Shown one piece after another: positions 36,642 through 48,357 of a DNA stretch of 64,000 nt. The notes below the pieces were generated by a model, which worked only from the letters and a program-made list of their open reading frames with translations, was not told where the DNA came from and did no database searches. The position numbers and the translations under genes were made by a program. Source of the DNA: Psilocybe cubensis (Eukaryota); the NCBI GenBank assembly GCA_017499595.2, contig CM039002.1:434001-498000 (forward strand), in the 5' to 3' direction. Positions within the stretch are counted from its first letter, which is position 1; every line of letters begins with the position of its first letter.

Positions 36642-39600
36642 CTAGTCGTTACTGACATGCATCGCGTCAGAATCGAGGGTGTCTTCAGATGTGTCAACAA
36701 CACCCATCGAAGTATAGTCTCCAACCAAAACCTTTTCGCTCTTCTCCTCTGCTTTGGTTAACGCTGAATAATTCAAGAACTCATCTTCCACCCAATGCAA
36801 GCAGTCCTTTCCAATAGTCCAAAATGGTTTCATCTGATAGACATATTTTTGATCCCGGCCTTTAGGATGGGCATCGAACATCGAGCTAGGTGAGGCACCA
36901 ATGTTGAGAAGCGCATCGTATGCGTCTTGGGTGGATTGGTCTTCTGGGATGCAGCCATATACCCTGTGTGATCGCCCATAGAAGAATAGACTGTACCGTG
37001 GATGTCGCTCTGACGCATATTTCTTCCTGGTCGGTGGAGCAGCAGATTCTACATGAGACAGATTAGGTCTATGTGACCTCGGCCCCGTCGTTGGTTTTGA
37101 CTCTGGCTTTGGCAGTGGCTTTCCCTTTTGGATCCAATGATCAGTAGCCTCAACCACTAAAGATGGGGTTTTTTTTTTGTTGACAGGCTTGCCGAGCTCC
37201 ATGACAAGGGAAATATAAGGCCGACTCTTGTTCGCCTCATCAAGTGGTTCCACTGATCCACGAGGGTTTTTAGGACCGGGAAAGTAGAGAAGTTTGTCTG
37301 CATCGATGGCCACGGTTGACTGTGGAGACCATGCTCTGGGCAACTTGACTTGCACGAGAATACCGGACATGTTGCTCTCCATAATGGGTTTATCCTTGTG
37401 CAAGAGCACCGGGATGTGCAAGTCGACTGAGCCCTGCGCAGGCCCGCCAATCACTGCCATGCCTCTGACGAACGCAACCCAAGCCATCGAAGTTGTCACC
37501 GCCGCATCATCTGTGCCCCTTGCAAAATGCGTGAATCGCACCCATGCGTTCTTGAACGCTTCGCCTAAGCATTGTCTGTCAACCTTGGTGTCCGGCCTTG
37601 ATTCCAGCACTGTGGAGTGATATACCGTGGCGGTCAACTGCTTCAGGAAGGTGATAAGACTGCACCCATTTCTCCATGGATAGCTTTCGTGTTGTTCGTT
37701 GGCGGATTCCGCCTGGACTGCGGCCATGTACGCACGCAGAAGAATGATTTTGGCCACATTCTCCCCTTGCTGTCTCACGTCGAGCGCCTCTTTGGCATCG
37801 TCCGAAAGTTCGTTATACAATCTCGCCATAGGCTCCGGACAGGAAGCACTCGTAGTCATCTGAATGGTGTCCAATGCCGCTTCCGCAAGTACGGGTTCTG
37901 ATGGATACCCGCTGAACATGGGCATACCGTTCGTAGGCACAGAGAACGCCGTTCGCATATGATGCGCAACCATGCTATCGACGAGCTTGCGCGTCTGAAT
38001 TTTCGCTGGAGAATACTCGAGATTGAGAAGGGTGTCGAGGACGGCAAGCCTTGGCATGAGATTCGTACTGCGGAAAATATCTGATACCTGCGACAGGCCC
38101 GTAAGCTTCGTGATAGCAAACTTCCTGATTTCAGTTTCCCTGTCTCCATTATGCCCAAGAAACGCCGATGCCCATCTACGCACTCAAAGGAGTCAGTGCC
38201 TCATTGCTATGTATATAGTCAATTAAAACACATACAATGGACGGCCAAAATAGGTTATGAAATCGTGCTTCTGAATATCTTTGAGTGGCAGGTTTGGTCT
38301 GATTTTGTGATTTTGTAGCTCAGGGTGACAATCGAAAGGCATTTCTGTAAACGGGGCTATGACTGTGGATAAAGCTCGTCGCCTGGAGCTGTAGGACTTT
38401 TGAGGACCGGAAAAGCGACGGAGCCGAGAGGATATTGACAAGAAGAGAATGAAAAATGCGTAATCGCAATATGTAGCAGCTGCTTTAACCATGGCTTCAT
38501 AAAGCGTTGGCTGTGGCTTTGTATTCGTATGGGTAGGTCCGATCCGGAGCTCGGTTAGCGTATGGGCTTCGTCGACATAAAGGATCAAGCAAACAGTGTC
38601 TTCCTTGTTATCCATCGTTGGTTGCAATTTCTCCATCAGATTGCCAAGTTCCGTGAGCGAATTGTCTGATTGTGGGGCAGGAAAGGCTCCTGAACTGTAC
38701 TGCTCACACACAGTCTTGTAGAGGAGTGACCTGGAATTGGCTTTCGCCAAGTCATCCCTCAACAGGACAGGCAAAGACAGATTGCTGCCGCTTCGAAGCA
38801 ACACATCGACCTTGTTGGAAAACTCGCGGAATAGAATTGCAAAGAACTTATGGAAGGCCCCTACGGCGCTATCCAGATTTCTAGCCTTTGAAGCGATCAA
38901 CTTGAAAAGTTTTGTAAGGTCTTCATCGGGATGCGGATACGCACCTGAATACAATCGATTAAGGATATGGTGCACAGAGAGATGCCGTATAGACAGACCT
39001 TGCTCGTTGTCTCTGGTATCTCGTATATTCATGGGGATGGTCGCCACGAGTTTTGCCATTTCATCCACAGTGCGCGATTTGCCAAAGCCGGAAGATTGGA
39101 TAATCGCTGACGTATTTTCATATGGATTGTAGCCAATGGATTTACGTATGTTTGTGAGGAGATTTATGTGATGTTCCCCGTAGTATCTGGTTTCCCAAGC
39201 CACTGACATCCAATTGGCTATGTACAATATCATGAACCGTGGACAGCAAGCGTTTGGTATTACTCACTGTTAGGCACGCCTGCGTCCTCGGATTCATTGG
39301 GATCTTTGATCGAGCTTTCGTTCACTACAGTGAAGGCACCAGATGTCAGAATGAAGGCCAGTTTTAAGAGAGTAAAGAGTGCGCAGTGATGCCAACGAGC
39401 TCACCTCCCGTTGATACTCTTCCAATGCCAATGAGAATGTGCAGACAATCGCTGGAAATATCTTCAAAGATTGATGAAATCTTCTCCGAGTCGTTTGACA
39501 GTTTCACATAGTCGTCGATGTAAAGATCTTTTCGTCCAACATCATTGATCAGAAATGGGCCTGAGACAAGCCGAAGTTCGAGATCATGCGGGGTGGCATC

Positions 39601-39741
39601 GTCGATGTAAGGAAACCTAGGCTGCGACAGAAAAAAAATTGCACCCTTGAGGTCGCTGACGTTGTAGCGTGGGTGAGCAGAGACACTGAACACCTTGCTG
39701 CGATCGTCGCCATGAACTAAGCAGTTGAGTCTGAGTGCCAT
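36642..39741 (-). CDS. Crinkler (CRN/CR-effector)-like protein: ubiquitin-like header + P-loop NTPase + PD-(D/E)xK nuclease-like region
   Basis: Header MALRLNCLVHGDD...VFSV...VSDLKGAI...DLELRLV...CLHILI; Walker A IIQSSGFGKSR, Walker B LILYVDEAH; GYPSEPVLAEAA; GENVAKIILL...FTHF...VDLHIPV...ILVQVK; about 5 exons, no internal stops seen. Confidence 0.75.
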
Positions 39742-40019
39742 AGCGAAGGACGGTGGACCGAACAGAGGATTAACACAAAAGCTCTTTGTTGAATCCAAAG
39801 TTCTGAGTTTGAACGAGAAATTCACACGAGGCCTATCGACTGGGTAGTAAAGCAAGTATAATGTACCTTACATCCCAATGAAACTTATACCCTGCATTCC
39901 CGCAAATAAAGTACCCTACATTCCGATGTCTATAATGGGTTATTGGAAGGAAAAATTGTTCTCGGAAGCGCCATTATCTGGGTTAACGGAAATTTTTTCC
40001 ACTGGCATCATATCAATTG

Positions 40020-40500
40020 AGGCATGAGCATCATTCTCACTCATGTGTTGGAGAGCTTTCTGTTAATGTGCTGATAGAAATTGTGGTGTACGCCTCGATT
40101 TTTAGTAGAGTGTAAAGGTTTGCGGTTGGATTCACTTTAGGATGCTGAACGAAACTTTGGCCCAAGCATCATTTTCATGAACGCGTCAAAGTCTGCGCTA
40201 ACGATCACTTTGCACGGGTGACACAAATTGTGGCCTGGAGCTTCATTTTGTCCTAACATGTCAATCTCTTGGTCAAATTTGATTTATTATGCAGATAGAA
40301 ACTTTGGTGTGAGCATATCAAAATTTGGCCAGAGCATTATTTTCATTCATATGTCAAAGTCTGCAATAACACCCATTTTGCAACAAGCCTCACAGAGATT
40401 GCAGCTGGAGCATCATTTTTTCTAGTAACACCTCAAATCTTTCGGTGCAACCCCTTTACTATCCACCCTAAATATTGGTCTGAGCACCATTCATCCTTCA
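40020..40500. repeat. Degenerate dispersed repeat array (core GAGCATCATTTT)
   Basis: Core variants near 40026, 40165, 40238, 40332, 40408, 40482; longer ~170-bp-period similarity between 40151-40215 and 40321-40384. Confidence 0.6.
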
Positions 40501-41405
40501 AATACTCAATTTCGCTCTCAGAATCACTTTCAAACATCTTGGTCTAAGCGTTTGTCATACAGCGGAGGTGGTATCCACATTCAACTTTAGGGTTACGCAC
40601 AGACCTCAAATTGTTGAGGATGTCTTTCACGCATTCGGAATCACACATGGTATTATCCATGTCGGAAAATCCCGGAATGCCTTGCAATGTCTACAAGGCA
40701 GAAAAGGCAGTAGCGGAATTGTAATGCCTTGCAATTTGAGTAGTTAAATCATAAGAACGGTTTGAATTGCAATTCTAAGACAGACTACAATGGATATATG
40801 AAATCATGATGTAACATAGACATTGCAAGGGTTAGAAGCGTTTACAAGGCATTGCAACCCCATCCATATCGGACTACCATTACAACCGTATCTACTAATC
40901 ACCTGCGACGACTATTAGGATCACTGGTAATGAGTAACTTACTGTGGGCTTACATTGTGAACTAGATATTCCTTACCGTTGCTGTGTAGCATTACTTACT
41001 TACTTACTCAATGTTACTGTAGAGGTTACTTACTTACCTGAATTAATTTAATTGACTTACCTGGTTCGATCGCGCGACTTCATGCCTACACTAAGAGAGG
41101 GAGACTTACCACTAGTCCAAACTGCCGTTAAATAAGTAGAAGTTTAGGTTAATATATTAGGTAGCAACTATTCGGTTGCAGACCTGCCCACCGGTGTAAC
41201 ACATGTCACATGCATGTAACACCGTGGTAAATATTGAGCGCCTATCGTGATAATTGCTTTCCAGAGGACAAAACATACCGTTTTGCGCTACAAACCTCGT
41301 AATACAAACAGATATTGGATTGTAGAGTCACGTAAATCGAATTTAGCCATTATGAAACAAGTTTACATCTCAAAATTCATGTAATTAATGCTGAAAAGAT
41401 ATGCC

Positions 41406-43498
41406 TTAGACAGCCCCTTTGCCTGAGCGGCCAGAACGTCGTAGAGGCTCTTGTTGAGAGCTATTAGAGAATGATCGAGCACCAGAACCACGACCTCTTC
41501 CCCTCCTGCGACTCGCTCCTATGGGAAGTTGAGGTTGTATTGGTAAATCTTACATGTTTATGAACAAATGATTAGTTAAAGCTTTGAATACAATGGACAA
41601 AGACCACTCACTTGCATTACTTGCAGCAGGCTCTTCCCTCTGAGGTATGCCCGAATCGATTGCAAGCTCTTCTACACCAGTGTGTGGTGTGCTTGTTGAT
41701 GAATCTGGTCTCGAAGGGATGCGATGATTTTGGCTTGGATTAGGACTACTATTACCTATATTGACATATCAGTATCATATCCTAGTTTGAGCTCCAAGAC
41801 ACGAGTTCAAATCAGAAAATACAATACTCACTTGGTGTAGAATAGGGTATGTCAACGTATTCTATCCCTCCTTCACTGTCATCATCACTGATATTCAGAT
41901 TTTCTAATGCTCCTGAGCGCTGTAACCTTCTGGTCAGGCCTTTGTTGTGAGATTGTTCTTCTAAATCAGTGTCTGTGTCGGATGGTGGACGCGCCAAATT
42001 TGATGAGCGCATAGCAGCAAAAATGTCGTCTACCTGATCGTCTTGTTGGCTGTTGGGGTTCTGAGAATTGGTATTTTGCTGATTACCACTGGTATCCTTG
42101 TCTTTTCTTTGCTTTGTAGCACTGAACAACTGGGTGTCCCATTTTCCAATAAGTCTATCGTACCATTTGCTGTTTACCTTCTTGCTTCGAATTATAATCT
42201 TCTTGTATGTGTCGAAGTCGCCAAAGTAAGTGTTTGAAGATTTTTCACCAACCCCTGTAGACGTAAATTCAACATCGTCCGAAAGCAAGAACCTTGCCTA
42301 AATAAAAATCTAATGTAAGTCTAGTAATAAGTGTAGCGAGCAAATTAAAACAAACCATGATTGCACACCAGGCAATCATTCCTTCTGTTACCTCAATAGG
42401 GCGATCATCTCGATAGTACGTATTGTTGATTCGGATTTTAGTACCACCAATCATATCAACTGCATTGGGGCCATACAGAACAATTCGTGCGATCTATGAC
42501 AGAAAATTAGCAATACAATCTAAACAAATCCGAGTCCATCAATAGCAGCAATAGATCATGCTTACTTTGAAAAGAATTGGATTTAGAAAGAGATCGTCAA
42601 CCTGGCTGGGGTCGGAATCCTTATATAAAACCGCCGGAAAACGAGATGTAAAGTCACAGGCACCATTTTTGTCCTTTAAAAGATTTTGAACGTCAGGCAT
42701 GGTGCTTCGGGATGCAGTGCCACGTTGGAAGTAAGACGCTGGCATGCCAAATATTTTAGGGCAAGATTTACGTAGCCTATCTAGACACTGGGACCGGACA
42801 TCTTGTAGAGCAGTAATAAACTGTTAATTAACATTGTATAAGCGAAATAGGCAGCCAGTAAAAAGGACAATAGTACCGTCTTTCGAAAGCTTGTTCCAGA
42901 CTTCATGTAGGAATGGAAATCAGGAGCAATGCAGTCAAACAGCTCCGCATATATCCCACGTAAGGCTAGCGCTTGTAACTCGTGCTCCGATACCTCAACA
43001 CCTTGTGGTGTTTCATAGCGAGCAGGGTCATTACAAGCAAATGCTGGCTTTTCCATCATATTATTAAACCAATTTAGTTGTGCATAGGGTGAGTAAAAAA
43101 ACTGAAAACACCGGCCAAATTTCTTAATTTGCTCCTCTATAATAACAGCTAGGTCTTGTTTTGTCTCTGCTTTCTGTCTGAGCTGAAGATCGGCAACGAT
43201 GGTTTTCAGTTTTAATAGCTCTTTGCGCTGTTCTAGAATTGTAACATGGGCGCTTTTAAGGGCCTAGAATAGCATTGACAAATATCAGTCATATTTTAAT
43301 CTTATAGAAAGAATAAGTTACCTCTTGCATATCTTTGAAGCTGACACTATCATCAAGTGCCCGCTCGATAATTTTCTCCAATTCTGACTGAGAAATTGCA
43401 TCTTCATTTGTTGGCATAGTAAACGGTGTCGTAGATTTGTCAGACTCGGAAGATGAGTCATCGAGAGCTGTTATGTTTCGTTGAGTATTGGATGGCAT
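41406..43498 (-). CDS. Transposon accessory protein of unknown function, multi-exon
   Basis: Spliced: MPSNTQRN...coiled coil...FPAVLY...LFLNPILFK|IARIVLYGP...VTEGMIAWCAIM|ARFLLSDD...YFGDFDTYKKII, basic tail RGRGRGSG; lies inside the TIRs. Confidence 0.7.
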
Positions 43499-43663
43499 GG
43501 TCTAAGTGAATGAGAAGAGTAGTAGCTTGGACTGAATAGCAAAGACTTACTTGAGTAGCTTATATAGCCTTGTAAACAATGCAATCTCGAAGTTAAAGTC
43601 ATATTTATGGATACAAGTTCCATTATGCCGATAATGAGCCATTCAATTGGTAAGAGTTTCTAC

Positions 43664-46600
43664 TTATAGAACTACATGCTTGACTAGTTTTACCGACTTT
43701 AGCCGCCACCACATGTCTTCATCAATTACATCAATAATTATATACTCATCTACTTGGTGTGGTGGTCGGAATGCTTGCGCTAATAAGCCTCCTCGCACAA
43801 TGGATTCCACATTAATGAATGCCGCTTTGGAGCGATGTCGAGAGCGGACCCGAATAAATCTAAGTTTCTTGTCTGATATGCGATGATTTTCCAATGCAGG
43901 TATTGCTTCGTCCAATGGTAACACAAGGGCCATGTGATAAAGAGTCTCTTCAACCTTGATTCCGATGACATAGAGGAGCTGGACAAATATGTAAGTGTTC
44001 TTCTCTGAATCCACTTGAATAAGGGCATGATCATATCGTTTTCTTCCGTGGAATGAAGGGTTTATCCGTAGAATATTTCTCTCTGTTTTCCAGGTAATTT
44101 TGGACTCGTAGTTTACCTCCATGTATTGGTATGGAGTAATCTATAATTGCTGTGTTATCTCTGTGGATTATAAATGCATAGATACACGACGTACCACATC
44201 ATGCTTGTCAAACCGAACTGGTTTTCCGAGATGCCTTGATAAAGTTTGTCCAAGCTTTTTGCGAAAGCCATGGAATGCTATGTCGGATGAATGCTGTCTC
44301 TCATGTTCGGAAAAACTAATTGCTGGCAAATATGACCCAAGCGACACATGATGAGTCCCAATTATAGTAGATTCCTGTTCGTCTTCAACTTCAGTGGTAT
44401 TAAATTCGTCCAGATGATCCAGTGCCCCTCGTATCATATGACACGCAAGATCCTTCTCATTCAGCTTTGATATCTAAGGTTTGAAACAAAGTAAATATTA
44501 GTAAGAGGCTATAGCAGCAACTCAATGATTATTTACCTGAGGAATTACATTTTTGAAATTAGTATGAAGCTGATAAAATGACTTTAAAATAGAATGTGCC
44601 TTTTCATTTGGCTTTGTATTATAGTTCCGTGTGACTCCCTTATCTCGAATATCATCAAAAAGATGTCGAAATGCGTGGGCTTTAGGAAAATTCCATGATT
44701 TGTCTGGAAAGTCGGCTGAATATGCCTTAATTTAATGTCAGTAATTGTTTGTGGTGCTAATCATAGGCTGACAGGTCATTGACATACACATAGAAGCTCA
44801 CAAAATGTTTTGAGCTCAGCTTCTCCACTTTGTAATGTGTCCTCTGTATGAACTGTAAGGCCAGAATACATGTCAAGCTCTAGATAGCTCCGTATAACTT
44901 CTAATAGCCGGAAGCCTTGCTCAGATACATCTTGTGTCAAGATATCTTCGGATGCAAAAACAATAATCTTGGAAAACATGTGTTAGTTACAAATATTAGT
45001 ACCAATATACAAATACCTTTGATATATCTTCGTACTTTGTTCCATCTGTGAACTCTCCTGCTGATTTCATCAGTGTTCTGAAGTGATTAAGCCCACTCCA
45101 ACGCGGAATTTCGTCGACTCTAAAATTATCAAAATAAGCGCCCAAGTGTACCAGTGATAATTATAGAGTACAGTTATACCTTTCGTCAATGAGTGCTGCA
45201 GTTTTTTTACCTAGATTGTTTACAATCTTCTGGTACTCCTCCCATAAGTGATCAGAGAATACGCCTCCATGGTTGTTGTGTAAGCGGTCAAATGATAGAG
45301 CTTCATAAATGTCAGTATTCTGGATTTGTTGGAAGACATTCTGTGACAAATTTTGGCATTGATCAACGAGTTTATTGTCCAGTATAATGTCAATACACAC
45401 CTCTACGTTGCGCAAACCGTACATTTGCAGAAGCTTATCCGCATCTGTCTTGTTTAATTCCTGAGCTTCGTCAAATATGTCTCCCATTTCTTTAGCTGAT
45501 CGTAAAGGATATATTGTTGTAAAATCAGTGAGATTTTCGTGTGGCACAAGGCATCTAGGGCAAGGAAAATTGCTGTTTGTACCACGAATTAACGCCATAA
45601 CACATCTAAAAGCTTATAGTTAATAGATTTATAGTTTAGCTATCAAATAAATGACGTACTGCTCCTCATAATCAGCCGATAAAATTAGTATAACAGGGTA
45701 TATCCATCGTTGAAAGTCCTTTTGAGAAAAATAGAACCCAGTTTTTGCATGATCTACTAGACTTTGGATGATTTCATAGAAGGACTTGTGCCAAACAACC
45801 CGTTTAAAGTTGATAAATCCTTTTTTACCTGTTTCCCCTGCATCTTCCTCAACCTGTATACGATATAGTTTGCTTTAGATTTGTAAAGGCTTAAAAAAAG
45901 AAATATATTAATCACTCACAATCGGCAGAAAGCCTACAACTCTACCACCACCTACACCTTCACCATTTCGCAGATTTATAGGGAGATTTCCACATCGAGC
46001 CATGACTGGATATCCCTTTTGTGTTCCAAATGAAGATAACCGTGTTTTATCAGCATACAAAATTATGCACAGTAGTCCTGCACCATTGGGTAGCTTTGAC
46101 TATTATCAAAGGTAATAGAAGTTATAGTATTTTTCTTTTTAAAGCATGTATACTACATACCTGTGCTTTCCACCATGCATTTCCAGTCCACGGCTCATCA
46201 ATAAATCGCTTCCATTTTTGGGCGCTAGCATCAAACTTATAATGCCGCTCCGCATCCCATTTGAATTTTGGTGCAAGAGTTGGATTTTCCAATAAGCTTA
46301 AGCACCAGTCCCAAATTGGACGAAAGGCGAGATCAAAGCTGTTCTCTTCGCCTTTGTATGGAACTGTGATAGTCTGAGTGGAAAACTAGATGATATTGTC
46401 TGATTAATATAATAATCTCACAAGTAAAAAATAACTTAAACATACTCCTTGAGCCTTAAGCGCTCGTGCATGTTCCCAACAGGCTTCAAGATCCTTTCAA
46501 TCCTTGATTGTAAAAGTGTCCGGGTTTTTTATACATTGGTGAATAATTGATAAGAGCGTGGAAGTTTGGGATGAATTCAAATGCGAATCATGCATGAACT

Positions 46601-47344
46601 CTGCAAGCTCGAAGTCAAGGCGAGTACGGAATGGAAGCCATGGTTTCCTATCCACATTCTTGGGCTTAGTCTCCGGGAGTGTTGATTTGTAGTCCTCAAA
46701 ACGGAAGATCTCGTCAACTTGTTTAGAACTCGGATGGTATTCAATCTTTATGTCGTCAGCAATGGCTTGTATTGGTATGTTTTCATCCCCACCCCCACCG
46801 TCATGATGATCTGAGCTTGTATCCTCTGTATCATGTACTAATTTTTTGAGAGGAAATTGACCTCTGATCAGAATGCCCAGTGTGTATTATTTATGACAAT
46901 GAATATATCTACCAGAAGCTAGTCCATCGGGCTCTAACTCTTCACTATGGCTGCTATTTTGGTCGGGTCCACCTCCCTCTTTACTGTCTAAATCCCACTC
47001 TACAGAATGTTTCGAAGGCCTAGTACCGCCCAGTGTAGCTTCTAACTGACTGGTCGAAGAAAATGTGTCTATCAATTATTATTGTATATATGAGGTATGT
47101 ATCAATAAAAACATAGGTTTTGAAACTTACTAGAGTGTGCATATCGTTTCAAAAGATCATCATACGCTTGACGTTCGCTCTCATTGTCCAATGCCAAATT
47201 TCTGGGTCCTTGTGTTGCTCTGCAACTCGCAGAGCGTTGATGTCCAGCTAATCCTCGTTTATTGACCTCTTTGTTGCAATAAGGGCATACCACAGTTCCT
47301 GCTGTCTTGCGGGTACTGCTCTTGGTGATTCTGGATGGTGCCAT
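43664..47344 (-). pseudogene. Plavaka transposase with a premature stop
   Basis: N-terminal CPYC...H...C zinc finger, PWLPFRTRLDFELAEF, ILYADKTRLSSFGTQKGYPV, LSADYEEQ, FPCPRCLVP, FDRLH, WNFPKAH, YNTKPNEKAH, NPSFHGRKRYD; in-frame TGA at 46497-46499 (TIKD*KDLE). Confidence 0.82.
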
Positions 47345-47742
47345 ATAGATCAGGAGAAGGTTGTGGGAAGGAACAAGCGATGATTCACCTTCCTTACGAC
47401 TGCCTTACGATGCCTTGTGATCGGTGAGAGCCTTGTGAGATAATTATAGCCTTGCCAATTTACCCGGCCTATTATAATCTTACAGAGAAAAATGCAATGC
47501 CGATGAGGCACATCGCAAGGCACCTCACAACGGCAGGAACCGGCATTGCGATCTATTTTGATTGCAAGGTAGTCTCACGTTTTCCGACACATTAACCACA
47601 GAACCAGCGAGCAGTTAGAATCCTGCAGAATGTACAAATGCATATTTAATACACAGTGATTCAAAATGATTCTTTTGGCACCAATTCTTGAGTTGCCATG
47701 ATTTGATGCACGGGGTGACGGGCCACATACGGGCCACATATG

Positions 47743-47812
47743 GATTGCCCTGCGAGAAATGGTGCACAGGCCACCTTTTGATTGCCCCGCGAGAAATGGT
47801 GCACAGGCCACC
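47743..47812 (+). repeat. 33-bp direct repeat, two copies
   Basis: gattgccc(t/c)gcgagaaatggtgcacaggccacc at 47743 and 47780. Confidence 0.9.
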
Positions 47813-48042
47813 CTAATTGCAATGCACCCGAAGACATGTTGCATTCCTGCGGGCATATGGGCCAAACACCTGAATTTATAAGCGAGAAAAAGCCAGTTAA
47901 TCAGCCTTAATAAGCAGCTTGGCAAGCTGAAACTCAGCTCCAAGGTAGCCTGGTATTCCCTCTACTCTGACTGAAAGGCTATCTCAAGCTAGTAGATGTT
48001 TGTACGGTACAATCTTAGTGGTATGCATTGATACACCTGAGT

Positions 48043-48306
48043 TGGAAGGCTGTCGGTTCAGGCAGCCTCACTACAACACGGAAAGGACAATGTTCTCCTT
48101 CGTTGCGTAACGTCTAGTTAATACAGTGTAACTACTATATAATATACTACTCACCTTCGTTGCGTAACGTCTAGTTAAAGCAACGAAGGTGAGTTTGTTG
48201 CTCTTTTGTTCTTCGGCCTTATTACTTGGCTGATTTGATTAGCGAGGTCCCAATCCGGCTTCCTCTGTGTGTGCCCGCAAATGTGTGGTATGCCTCCAGG
48301 CTTACA
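48043..48306 (-). repeat. 3' LTR
   Basis: Identical to 53338-53601 except one G/A difference (48102 vs 53397) on visual comparison. Confidence 0.97.
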
Positions 48307-48357
48307 CCCCTCCCCCCTCTGAAAAATTACCGGGGTGAAAAACTGTTCTCCCATTCC

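Larger units (their letters stand above)
40660..47589 (-). mobile_element. Plavaka-type DNA transposon, full length (6930 bp)
   Basis: Imperfect 29-bp TIRs (tgtcggaaaa...ccttgcaat, 22/29 identical), CA dinucleotide duplicated on both flanks (40658-40659, 47590-47591), subterminal GCCTTG/CAAGGC repeats at both ends, internal Plavaka transposase. Confidence 0.8.

Noticed and set aside
40020..40500. CRISPR-like array
   Set aside because: Repeats are degenerate and irregularly spaced, spacers resemble each other, no cas genes, eukaryotic context
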